NCBI GenBank assembly: GCA_021613535.1
Contig: CP075494.1
Coordinates: forward strand, 15,438,001-15,502,000
DNA length: 64,000 nucleotides
Direction of reading: 5' to 3'
Source of the DNA: Adineta vaga
Taxonomy: Eukaryota > Animalia > Rotifera
Shown here: piece after piece, positions 36,914-64,000 of the stretch
Numbering within the stretch: the stretch's first letter is position 1
How the letters are laid out: every line of letters starts with the position of its first letter
Made by a program: the position numbers and the translations under genes
The notes under the pieces: model-generated
The model's database searches: none
The model's input: only the letters and a program-made list of their open reading frames with translations
Told to the model about the DNA's origin: nothing

Positions 36914-38845
36914 CTATTGTCTTAATTTGGCCTTCAATTCCAGAATATTCTCTTCTGTTTGTGTAATACTTGGATGATCAGGTGGTAATGTCTTACGTCT
37001 ACTATTGAGTGCTCTTTCATAATATTTCATTGCTTTAGCATATTCTTTTTTGGCTTCATACAAATTACCTAAATTGTTATATATTGATGCAATATCTGGA
37101 TGATCAGCGGGTAATACTTTTTCTCGAATGTCTAATGCTTTATTGTAATATGTCAAAGCCATATCGTGTTTTTGTAGGAAAAAATATGTGGTAGCTATAT
37201 TATTATATGTTCGAGCAAGTGCAAGAGAATCTGGTGGAAGAGTCTTTTCTTGAATCTCGATAGCTTTTAGCAAATTCACTAATCCTTTTTTATAGTTATT
37301 TTGAATACACCAGTATACCGTTCCCATATAACTATAACATTCACCAACATCTGCATGATCTTCTCCCAACAGACTTTGTCTTATTTTTAATGCTTCTTCA
37401 AAGTGTGCAAGACTCTCATCACCCTGTTCGCAATCAAGGCATGCCAAAGCAAAACCAGCTTCTGCATTTCCAAGAGTAAGTTTCGTATCATCTATCATTC
37501 TCTTATAACATTTCTGTGCTTGTTCTGGTTCGCCCATTTCAATTAATATTTTTCCCAACGAATCAAGATCAGTCTCATCACCAATTCTTTCTTTCATATA
37601 TGCAAATGTTTTTTTCAATTGAAAATCATCTTCACTTGCTAATGATACATAAGCTATCCAGAGCTCATTTTTCTCATCTTCAATCACTTTCACAATGCGA
37701 AATAATGCTCCAAGCATGATTAGCACTTCATCTTCTTCGCAATGAAAACTTTGTTCACTAATATCAGCAAAAGCTTTTGTTTGCAAGCGAGGATCAATGT
37801 CAATTTCAAAAATAATCCGTTTGCTATCACTGGTAATTGGAGTCGAGCGAGCAAAGGAAAGAGCAGTTGCTCGATTACGACTAGTTGACAGGAATGAATT
37901 CATTGAAAGAAACTCACCGATACTATTATTCATTAATTGTAATTCATCGTTTCCAATTGCTTGACCACGATAGACGCGTATGAGATTTCGAGTATCGGTA
38001 GTACGAATAAACTTGTCATAATCATGTTTGATTTGTTTAGCAATATCAGTGATAAAGAATCGAAGAGAAAATAACATATCAAAGTCTTGTACACGTAGAG
38101 CTTTGTTCATCATTCGATAGAAGCATGATTCACGTGTATACCACCAAATAGCATTTTCTGATTGATAATGTTTTTCAAATTCATTAATAATTTCCATCTC
38201 GTAACTATTTGTTTTGTAACTTGTTTTGCAAATGTCGATAAGTTCTTGTCGATCAGTCGATTTGTGATGCATGTGAAGAAGAACTTCGATAAATAATTGA
38301 AACCACATAAAAGTTGCATTGCGAGCTTGTAATGATTGTACATCAGAACTAATGACAGAGATGGAAGCACTATCTTCCACTCTGATTCGAACACTTTGAT
38401 CTTCCGATACTTCAGCAATTAATTTGGATCGTTCGTCAAAAACACCATTTCCCTACAGAAAAAAAACTCGAAAATATGTTTACAGTAACAAATATTTCTT
38501 CACTTTATAATATTTCTTAGCCCATTGTTCATTGACTTCTTTATCTTGACAAAAAACATAGAATGCCGAAAGTTGTGAAAGATCATGAATTTGAGGTATA
38601 ACCAGTTGACCAAAAGAACCCGACACAATTAAAACTACTTTTTCACGCGTAATTTTTCGAATATACTTTTCACATTTATCACAATCATCAAATGTTCGTA
38701 GATGATTAATGATTCGACGAAGTTCCGTCTGAGTATCTCGATTGTCTTGTGTCGAATCAATATTTTGATCAAGCCACAAACAAGCAAACGATTCGAGATT
38801 AGAGTCTTTGGAATGATTGATTCCTTTCGTTTTACTACTGGTCAT
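36914..38845 (-). CDS. R-S-E class ADP-ribosyltransferase with N-terminal receiver-like domain and kinesin-light-chain-type TPR repeats; one intron (~38454-38505)
   Basis: LWLD..LRRIINHLRTF..LIVSGSFG N-domain; AIWWYTRESCFYRMMNKALR; VYRGQ, FLSTSRN, EEDEVL catalytic motifs; TPRs such as HPDIASIYNNLGNLY. Confidence 0.92.
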
Positions 38846-39205
38846 ACTTTACTTGAAAAACAAAACGTCGCTTGTTGTTTCTCTTCTTGAAAGAGTAACT
38901 GAAACAACTCTCATTGTGCACATGTTGAGAGTGTGAAACTAAGGAAAATTAACGACATCAACAGCATGTAACCATTGTTTTGGAAGAAAAGAAAATATTC
39001 TTTCATATATTATCCATCGATTTATTCCGTGTTTATAACATAATTCAAAAAAAAAATATGCGAAAAATATGAATAACGAACAAAACAGTTTGTCGTGGGG
39101 ATTAGCACTATATATATATATATAAAAAGAATACAGACATTGAAAATACATACAGAAATATGTTGAAAATAGCTTTACAATAAAAAAGAATGAAATACAA
39201 CAAAA

Positions 39206-54171
<14,966 letters not shown>

Positions 54172-55889
54172 GTGTATATTTAATCATTCATAGTACTACA
54201 TAGGTTGGCAAATCAATATGAGGACAACGATGTTTCGATAATAGAGTTTCACCAATGATCATGCTTCGATGATTAAAAATAATGAAGAATTCAGTTCAAT
54301 TCGTGCATATCTAAATTGAGGATGAAATATATATTTATATTTGTTTTATTCTCTTCAACATGATCAAACGAAGAGGTTTCTACATTAACATAGAGAAAAA
54401 AATATTACAGAACTGAAAAAAATATGATTTGATACAACTAATCCTATTTATTGCTCTTGATGGAATCTTGTTGTTGTTGTCCTGTCATCTCCGACGAATA
54501 TTATTGGTGTTTCTATTGATCCATTTAATAAAATTTCAATTGCTTTTTATTTCTTTTTGCTTGTTAAATATTTGAGAAAAAAGAAAATTTATTTTAGAAA
54601 GTTGTTTTTTTCATTATTTTTTGAAGCGACATCTATAAATCAAAGTAATTAACATATTCGATTACTATCATTCTGTTTTCATTACATTGGAAAAGCTTCT
54701 TCATTCATTTTCTACATATCATTATTTGATTGATCATCTCACATCCAGGGGAAAAGAAGTACATCCTCGAATCTTCTACAAGAATCTATTAGAATTCATC
54801 TTATGCATTCAATTATTAGATATCACTACGTTTTCCTCAATAAACTTTGTAATTATATTTCAGCTTTGACTAAACAGGTTTTTTCATCCTGAATTAGAAA
54901 TGTATACCTTGACTTATCTGATGAAGTGTTTGTATTTTCTATCATTACTCGTTGATAGAATCAATTGTGTTCGATATTGATGCTTTACATTGTTTGTTAT
55001 TAGTTGAAATCATCTCATAGTTTCAAGAAAGAAAAACTTTCAGATACTGATTGCTTAGTTAGTGACTGGAAATGACATAAGATAATGGATTGTTTTTCCA
55101 TCCGCTGATTTGGACCGGTACCTAACACGTTCTTTTTATTCAGAAAAGGCATTCGAATAAACTACAATGCAGATTTCACAGTATTTTTAATATAATCAAA
55201 GATTGGACTTAAATTTTTGTTTAATAATTTCAAATCAGCATTTGAATCTTTTTTTTCAATCGAAACATGAGAACTATTGCAATTTTTTCGGATTTTCACT
55301 CCAATAAAAGCTTTTGATGTTATTCGATGATAATTCAACAAAATCTCCAATATGTATTAACATCTTACAGTTAAACACTTTGATTGTTAAACTTTTAAAG
55401 CAAAGAACATACGAACAGCTTTTAAAAACTATTTCATTTTAGATACAATATTACTACGATTGAAATGTGGATAAAAACAGTAAATGTGTACGAACACTTC
55501 ATCAGTCAACAACAGTTCGATCATCATCAAGAGAAGAGCCATTATAATTCAATGAGCGTATTTCGATCACTTTTAAAAGAACTTCGAAAATGTCTTTGGA
55601 TATTTTTAGGTATTCACCTCGTTCATTACAATAACAACAACAACAACGTTCACCTTCAAAATCATCTCGTCCATTATCAGCTGTCGGGATCGAAAGGGTT
55701 AAAGGCTAAATATTTACAAGTATAATATTTCCTGACGAACCCTATCTTAGGTTTCGATATATCAGTGAGTCCAAAAAAAAAATTTTTTAAATTGATTATT
55801 ATATTAGTTTACTTAAAAATCATTCTTCTCTTGAACAGAAATCAAGAGAAGAAGAAAAAGACGAAAGAACACAAGACAAAGAAGAAAAA

Positions 55890-56803
55890 AAGAAAATAAA
55901 GTCATTTACTGGTGGATGGTGGTGGTGTTGGAGAATCCGACGAGTTGTTGGTGGATTGGGGAAGGATTGATGGATGCTTTTTGCTCGCCAACCTATAACA
56001 TATCAAAAGTATCAAATTAAAAATTCAAATAAAAAATGATTACCTTAGTTGAGGGGAAGAGGACGGTGGGGAGTTGGTTGATGTTACGTTGGAGCTGGGA
56101 GGATGGAGCTAAATAATAAAGCTCATTTTATTAGAAAATTTGAATATTTTACTTACAGATTGGGGTTGTTGGGTAATGCCCAGGACGAACGTTCCGGCCT
56201 CCGGATTCGAAAGGAACCGGAAGGAAAGTATGCCATTTCCGGAGCATTCCGACCTGTTCCAGTCAGATCCCGACGGAACCTCAAGGAAAACCATAGGAAG
56301 CTGGAAGCAGTATTCCAGACCGGAAAAGTCCGGACAGGGATCCCATTAAAAACGCACAAATCCTATTACCCATTTCCCAACCGATCCCAACATAACCATC
56401 AATAACTGTAACCACAAAACCGATGCACCACTTCCCAGGTCAAAAAATCCGAGCCGGATCCGGTCGGAACCAGAACATTCCGGTCATTTCACGGAAGCAG
56501 GATTCCGACCCGGATATTTTCGGACTTTTCCACTCGCTTCTGACTAACTTCCAGTAAGTTCCAGTCGTTTTCCGACTGGAATTCACCAGAACAGTCCGAG
56601 AAATTTCGATCTGGAACACTGCTTTCATGAAATCATCGGAAGGTGCCGGAACCTGTCGGTTCCGGGCCGGATCGTTCGATCTGGGTGATGTTGTTGTTAG
56701 GGGCATTAATGATACGGGATTCGAGGGGGAAGCTGTTGATGGAAGTGGTGGTTGGGGGAGAAGAACGAAAAAGACAGCACAACCAGGAACAAGGACAAGA
56801 CAT
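55890..56803 (-). pseudogene. Pro/Ser/Thr-rich multi-exon gene with Cys-rich N-terminus, disrupted by a transposon
   Basis: MSCPCSWLCCLFRSSPPTTT..NNNI[insertion]ITQQPQS | LHPPSSNVT..QLR | LASKKHPS..PPPST. Removing 56179-56685 plus one 2-bp duplication restores the frame. Confidence 0.55.
56179..56685. mobile_element. Non-autonomous DNA transposon (MITE-like, CMC/EnSpm-type ends), GC-rich, composite
   Basis: Ends CCCAGGACGAACGTTCCGGCC and GGCCGGATCGTTCGATCTGGG form imperfect TIRs, with TG on both flanks. A further CCCAGGTC end lies at ~56433. Many CCGG/TCCGG subrepeats against an AT-rich background. Confidence 0.8.
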
Positions 56804-58654
56804 CTAAATTAAAATGGAATAGTTATAAACATTTGAAAAGGTGAATGTTTATTCGAGTAGAACAAGGATATAAATGATAAGTTATACGGACTTCCATGAC
56901 TAACAAAATGATTGTCCATCAATAGTCATATACATAATAGTCAATGTATATCACTTTCACGATGATAGTGATGACTCATAGGAAAGAGAATGACCAAGAG
57001 GAAGGAATCTACCACTAGAAAGTACAGAGTTTATTCTTCGACATGGACGGAATGATATACGGAGGAAAAAAACTGTTTCATTTTAGACGAAAATGAAATA
57101 TCAGGTACATTTGGGGTAATCTAACAATGGTCTTCTTAGATTTCATCACGCCTTTTATGTTTTTTCGAATGAAATCAAGGCAGTAGTTTTCATAATTTGG
57201 TCCTTTTCATTCATTGAGAAATTATGATATAATTAAAATAAACAAGATAGTTTAGAGGAAAATTGTCTCTTTTATCTATTTATGAACAAAAATCATTAGT
57301 TTTGATTTGAATATCTCTAAATGTGGACAATATAAATATTGATATTCAATAGAATGACAGACAAGTGATTTACATATGATATAAATATAAATAAAGTACG
57401 TGATTAAAGTGAATATTCGTATAGATTAAGTCGAATAGGAAAAGAATGTCCAAAACCAAATCTTTATGAGAAATCTATATTGAAAATATCCGTATAATTT
57501 TCTTGTTCGTTGAAAGTGTTTAAATAATTTATGCTGGTACATCAACTATTTCTTTTTTAATCTATCTAGTGTTTATCAATTATTTTATTGATACAGTACA
57601 TTGATGAATTGATCAAATGATATTTCTTTTTCATGTTTATAAAAGGTTAATTAATGAATACTTTTCTTTTTTCAATATGTTCTGATTTCTTTTAATTCAC
57701 AAATATACTCGATGTCTACGTAGAGTAGACACTTTATCAATAAATGTAACTGTCAAGAAAACAGATTATTCTTCTCAATTTTGCTTATATCTATATGGGT
57801 AGTGTAGTGATTGAATGCATGTTAAACTTCACTTCAAATACAATCGCGAAGTCCTTTTAACTGACAACAAAATCTTAAATTGATGAAACAACTTTACCTT
57901 GATTGTAAAATGAACGTGAATATGATTGTGTACTTCGCTCATGATTGTAGTTGAAGTTGATTTTATTGACTGAATTTCGATCAATTTTTTTTCAATAATG
58001 ATCTGATAAATTGTGTCTTCTCTACACATTTATATATCTACAAGTGACTGAATACAAAAGACGCGGTTAATAAGCTACCAATCGATAACAAAGACTTATC
58101 TACGGACGATATTGATTGCAAACTAATTGCCGATCAAATGTCAAAAGTTCATGCTATCTGTGTTGAATTATTTAGACTGAATTGTTCCTTAATGTGAAAG
58201 TTTATTATTTTAATATAGCCTGTCTAATACTTCCTTTAACTTATTTCAATTAATAAAATGGTAAACAAGGATTTAAAAGTCTAATTCCTATTTTCTTCGA
58301 AGCTCTGTATCTAATTTCATATCCTGATTGGTCCACTAACAAAACTCGTCTATTGCTATATCATCCATTTAAATTTTGTCTTGATTATTTTACAATAGTG
58401 AGTATTTAACATACAAATGAGAATGATTGAATTGAATCAAATAATCGACATTTAAAATATCATCATAAAAGATCAAATCGTTCATGGAAGGTATTAATTG
58501 AAACGGAAGTTGCTATACTTGAAATGATGAAAACATTGAATAAGTACTTAGTTTCTTGCTATGGATCTTTATTAGAATTTCGAATAAAAACAAAAGAAAA
58601 AAATTCATTCAGTAAAACCTTCAACTCCTCTCAAATATACTTCATCTTTAATTC

Positions 58655-58865
58655 AAGACGATCTAAGATTAACGATCGAAAGCGATGATGGACAATATGT
58701 TGAAGTTTGACGTCTTGAAGACGAATTAGAACATATCATGAAAAGATATTTCCAGATGTAAGTTCTAGCTGTTTTATTCAAACTGATAATGGATTATCTG
58801 GATCATTATCAATTGGATTTGATAATATTCAGATGATAAACATGAACAAGAACGTCAAAAGTAAT
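58655..58865 (+). pseudogene. Degenerate exon relics, unknown family
   Basis: AG|..DLRLTIESDDGQYVEV*RLEDELEHIMKRYFQ|GTAAGT with an internal stop. Confidence 0.25.
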
Positions 58866-59145
58866 TAAAAGAAGAATATATGAAATCATTTTCTTCTATT
58901 TTATTAGGACATTTGTGTTTGGATTCGAATTGATTTTCTTTTCTCAATACTGATTGAATGTTATTATTCAATGAAATTTGTATTCAGCAGAAAAGCAATA
59001 GAATAGAAATGAACTTACTTTTCAATCGTAATTCTTCTTTTTAATAGAACAAAAGTTATGATTCTTTATAATATCTAATCGAACTCTACTACTCTACTGT
59101 GTCAAAATTAAATATCAGATTTCAAAAAGAAAAGATTACTAAAGT

Positions 59146-60045
59146 CTATGCAAACCACATTGTGTTTTCGATTAATGGATTAAAATCAATCTTTGTTGTT
59201 TGAACATCATCTAATGTCACAATAACATCATCATCCAACAATGCTTCATCTAAATCAGATCTAAATGAAAAAACAAACATTTGTTTTTTTCATATCAAAA
59301 AGTGTTTCAAAGAAAAACTTACGCAGCAATACTTCGTTGTTCATTAGCCATTTGTCCTTCATAATCAAGATTGAGACCACGTGAAACACAAAGTGTTGCA
59401 TAATGAACTGGTGCGGGAACAGATACAGCTTTTGTACATCGAACATCAGTATGACATAAATAATAACTATAAAAGAAAAGATTCTTCAATTAGATATATT
59501 ATTAAAATTTCTCTTACGTTAATTGTTGAATATCATCTGATGTAAATCCAATTTCATCATATAAAACTTGATAAAGCATTGGTCGTGATGTACCTTGAAT
59601 AGCTGCATGAGAATTAAGATAAAAATCAAAACCATTCGGTGAAACAATATCGGTATCAATAACTGTTCCTAAAATAATGGAGATTCAATATTAAGAATAG
59701 AAATCATTTGTTTTATTCAGATGATTTTACCTGGTTGAATATTGTTTGTTTGATTAGTTTGTTTATCCCAAGTAAAAAATCGAGTATTATGTCGTTTTTT
59801 AACGACTACAAAACAAATTTGAGGTAATTGATTATGACCATATAATTCGGAACATGCTCGTTGAATAGCTTTTAATTCATTATCAAGTACTTTTTGAAAT
59901 GATCCATCATCAACACCAGCACGATAGAAGACAAGTTTATTTGGTAAACGTGAATTATGATTGGAAAATTCACGAATTAATTCACCAACAAGTATATGAA
60001 GATCTTTAATAATTTCCAAAGCAATTTTTCCTTTTGGTGAATAAA
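59146..60045 (-). pseudogene. 5'-truncated Argonaute: C-terminal part of the PIWI domain with 3 introns
   Basis: LPNKLVFYRAGVDDGSF; VVKKRHNTRFF; [27 protein letters not shown]; YYLCH..RCTKAVSVPAPVHYA; C-terminus TMWFA*. No N, PAZ or MID region is recognisable upstream. Confidence 0.8.
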
Positions 60046-61158
60046 ATGAACGTGAACGTTTTTTGTATCACTTTCAACTTTTGCTGAAGCTTTGGGTGCA
60101 ACATAATATGAACCATTGATATTGAATTTATCATCAATTAATCCGTTTATTGAATAAGAACATCGATAATCAGTTGCTAAATCATCAATACGACTTGTAT
60201 GAGCTACAATACACTCACTTTATCTGATTATTTCAAATAAAAATATTAAACTACTTACCACGTTTATAAGAGTGAAAATCTCAATCAGCATCATTATCTA
60301 TACACAAAAAATAATATTAAGTGAATAATTAATAATATGAATATCAAAAAGTCATTTACCATCTGGATAGTGTCTATCTTTATTCGATAACATTTATTGA
60401 AAAATACGATATTGTTATCATACAAAACTGGAAATAAATTAAGAAAAAAATAAAAATATATTAGAAAAACAGTACATTTCGTCTATCTTTAGATGAAGGA
60501 AAAAAATGTGAATGTGCACGATGAGATCATGTCTATAGACGGGAATAAACGACTAGATATCTATCAGTGAATGTCGGTAGATAACTATCACTAATTTATA
60601 GTGACATGATATGTATATACGACTGACTTTCTATAAGAAATAGAAAGTTTCGTTTTATTTGAATTCATATAATTAGAGTATAGTGTAGAAAAGGGATTAA
60701 GATTAATCGTTGCTTTTTCTTTACTTATCTAGATCGAAGGATACGGTCTCGGACACGGCCATATTGTCATGGTATACGGTGTTACTTGAAGGAAGCAATG
60801 GTCGCATTCGGCCTATATCTTTCGTGCTGAGCCTGTTTCATCGGAAACACGTTTTAATTTCACTCTATTTATCGTTGTTTTCTAGCGACATCTATAAATG
60901 AAATAAATTCATATTTGGTACATATCTTTTTGTTTTCAAAACTTCGGACTTTATTTAAATCAAAATAGGGAAAATCGGATCTTTCTAAATGTTATCATTC
61001 GATTGATCATCAAATATAGACCAATACAACAAATAGAAACGTAATTTCTGTAACTTTATTTGTCCCTTACACAACATAACGCAACACAATAGAATATTGA
61101 AATTGAAATTGAAATTAATTGATGGTTTTAAATTATTCTTTTTTTCATTTAGTACATA

Positions 61159-63377
61159 ATGGGCCATTCGAAACATAAGAAGCATCATCGACATCGAGAT
61201 CGAAGTCGAGATAAAAGTAAAGATGATGTTGATCGTAAACATAGCCATCGTGGACGCCCTCGGTCACCATCGTCGAGTGAAAGTTCCTCTACATCTGAAG
61301 AAGAAGAAGAATATCGTGAAAGATCAACATCAAGAAAAGGTAAATCAATGGAAGAAATCGAACGTGAACGTCAAACAATGAAACTAGAAAAACGGTAGAT
61401 ATCTCCGATTTCTTCATTCATATTTCGTAATTGATTTAAATATTTAGGCAAGAACGTGAACTTCGAAAAGTGTACGAAACTCCTCATGAGAAACGACAAC
61501 GCCGTTTAGCAAAAAAAGCAGAAAAAGAACGACGACAGAAATATGCTTTGGGATGGGATGCCGAACAGCTCGTATGATGAGTTTTCGATTAATTTTATAT
61601 AAACAATTTGATTTTTATTGTTGAATAGGGTATGACAAATGCAAGTAATCCATTTGGTGATGAAAAATTACTCGATTCATTTGTTTGGGAGAAGAAATTA
61701 GAAAAGAAAGGTTTAACTGATGTTCCACCTACTCAATTGAAAGCAATGACAGCTCGACGTGTTGAAGAAAATAAAGTAATTTTGCTTTTTTTCTATTACT
61801 GATAGGATGATAATAAATTTTTTTTATTTAGACTGAATTGGAAAAGTTGAAAAAACAACGATTGGAACGTGAACGTCAAAAGGTCGAAATGGAAAAAGAA
61901 AAAGAGTTTTTACAACGTGTTAAAGAAGCTGAATATTATCGTGAATGGGAAAAACAAGAAGATTCATTTCATTTCAATCAAGTTCGTCTTCGATCAAAAA
62001 TTCGTATAACTGATGGGCGAGCTAAACCTATTGATCTTCTTGCTCATTATATCAATGAAGATGATGATGATTTAGCTGTTGAAATGCATGAACCATCAAC
62101 ATATTTAAATGGTCTTACAATTCGTGATCTTGAAGATTTATTAGCTGATATTCGTGTCTATACTGAATTAGAACAACAACAAAAAGCAAGTGGAAAATCC
62201 AATAATTATGATGCACAATATTGGCACGATGTAACAACAATTACTGAAGATGAATTAGCAAAATTAAGAAAATTATCTTCCAAATTATATAATGATCAAC
62301 GAGTTGATGATCGACGAGAAGGTATTCATGAATCAGTTTCACAAGATGTAACCGAAACATTTAAAAATAAAACACCACTACAATTAGAACAATTGGAACA
62401 AAGAATTAAGTATGTATTTTATATCTATTATATCGTAATAATTCTATTGATTGTTTAGATCAAAAATTGAAAATGAAAAAGGTATTGATATTGGTTTTTG
62501 GGAATCTCTCTTATCTCAATTACAAACACATATGGCTCGTGCTCGCCTACATGATCGTCATCAATTGACATTAAAACGAAAATTACAAAAAATCAAACAA
62601 GAACAAGGAATATTTCATGCACCTATTTCAACTTCATCAACGTCAACAATACCAAAGAAGAAAAAAGATACGGAAATTCATTCCATGGAATCTTACAATG
62701 ATAATGAATATCAATTCTCTGAAGATTTAGAAAATAAATGTCTTCGTGATTATGAACAAGGTCGTTATTCACCAATATTAATCAATATCAATGATTTGGA
62801 TTTGGAAGTTCAAAAACGTTGTACAGATGAAACAGATGATTGGGAAAAATTACGACAACAACGAGAATCAGTAATGAAATCTGGTTCAGTTAAACCAGAT
62901 GTTGAAGATGCATTTGAAGCATATGCAAGAACTATGGGTAGTTTGACAGCTGATGATACAGATATTAATACTGGTGTACCTATGGATGTTCAATATTTAT
63001 GGTCGGATAAATATCGACCACGTAAACCTCGTGTTTTCAATAAAGTTCATACAGGTTATGATTGGAATCAATATAATAAGAAACATTATGATACAGACAA
63101 TCCACCACCAAAAACAGTTCAAGGATATAAATTTAATATTTTCTATCCTGATTTGATTGATAAAACAAAAACACCGTCTTATAGTATTACTGTCTGTGAA
63201 GATAATCGAGATTTTTCAATCTTAAAATTCCATGCTGGTCCACCATATGAAGATATTGCATTCAAGGTTGTGAGTAAAGAATGGGATTTTTCATACAAAC
63301 ATGGATTTCGTTGTCATTTTCAAAATGGTATATTTCAATTATGGTTCCATTTCCGTAAATGGAAATATCGTCGATGA
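61159..63377 (+). CDS. cactin: Cactin (spliceosome-associated), multi-exon
   Basis: RS/H-rich N-terminus; EWEKQEDSFHFNQVRLRSKIRITDGRAKPIDLL; C-terminal RPRKPRVFNKVHTGYDWNQYNKKHYDTDNPPPKTVQGYKFNIFYPDLID..FHAGPPYEDIAF..FQLWFHF. Confidence 0.97.
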
Positions 63378-63621
63378 ACATTACATTTTCTCGTTTTTTT
63401 GTCTTTGTCTGTTTGTTCGTTTTTTTCCTGTGAAATATAATATATTCTTGTGAGACTGAAACATTCAGTTTGTCTCGATTCAAAAATCATGTTAATATTT
63501 GGAATCGTGGCATGTTTTGTCATGTTCTTTGTGTCATTCTACCAATTAAGAACTTTTATGTCAATATAGTTTCTCACTAGTTTAATTGAAATTAAACACT
63601 AATTCGCTCATAGAAAAACTA

Positions 63622-63877
63622 TCTTCTAAATATATAAAGAAGAAAATTTGTTTGTTGGTCTGTCTGTCTACATCCAAGATGGGTAACTGCAATGCTTGGG
63701 TTGGGTTCTCAAAAAAGACCTGTTGCATGATGCAAAAAGCAATATAGGAGGGACCTCAGGATTTTTTGATACACGACGGGTAAATACCGACGGAGACGTC
63801 CGTTGGGTGATGAGAAAAGCACTGTTGTAGATGGAAAACGTAAATTGTGTCCTCTTTGCAGCGGGTATCTCCGCTAG
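63622..63877 (+). mobile_element. Non-autonomous Helitron (~256 bp)
   Basis: A|TC start with TATATAAA and a GTCT microsatellite; imperfect subterminal hairpin CCTCT-TTGC-AGCGG; CTAG|T end; A/T insertion site without target duplication. Confidence 0.65.
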
Positions 63878-64000
63878 TATATATATATATATAAACGCTA
63901 GGAATGTGGGTGTGAGTATCCATGTAAAGAAAGAACCTCAAAACTCTGATTTTATTTGGTTTTAACGAAACCACATATATAAAACATCATACTAGAGTTT

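Noticed and set aside
56103-56812. Cluster of overlapping ORFs / CRISPR-like repeats
   Set aside because: The ORFs result from the high GC of the transposon; the subrepeats are degenerate and irregular with no repeat-spacer periodicity, and the context is eukaryotic.
60740-60836. GC-richer patch upstream of cactin, possible MITE remnant
   Set aside because: No paired termini or target duplication identified.

Overview
AT-rich eukaryotic (animal) genomic DNA with dense ~50-60 bp GT-AG introns. The intron style, the ART-TPR and F-box-like families and several bacterial-type genes suggest a bdelloid rotifer (inference). Metazoan genes: CYYR1/Shisa-like membrane protein, CEP57-like, nAChR alpha, ABCG half-transporter, otoferlin-like ferlin, a ~15 kb unc-13 with several alternative N-termini and a nested LDAH gene, and cactin. 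Candidate horizontally acquired genes: SMI1/KNR4, EEP nuclease, intron-containing YihY/BrkB, two GNATs and a BNR_4 propeller. The most notable region is 25-39 kb, a candidate defence island: YihY - GNAT - myristoylated triple-TIR/zinc-finger protein - BNR_4 - ADP-ribosyltransferase-TPR. It contains a reconstructable tandem duplication with its junction at ~29410. Also present: a ~490 bp spacer-less palindrome, a CCCAG-ended transposon that disrupts an exon, a non-autonomous Helitron and a 5'-truncated, non-catalytic Argonaute PIWI fragment. No rRNA, tRNA or CRISPR array was recognised. Exon boundaries and identities were read by eye and are approximate.
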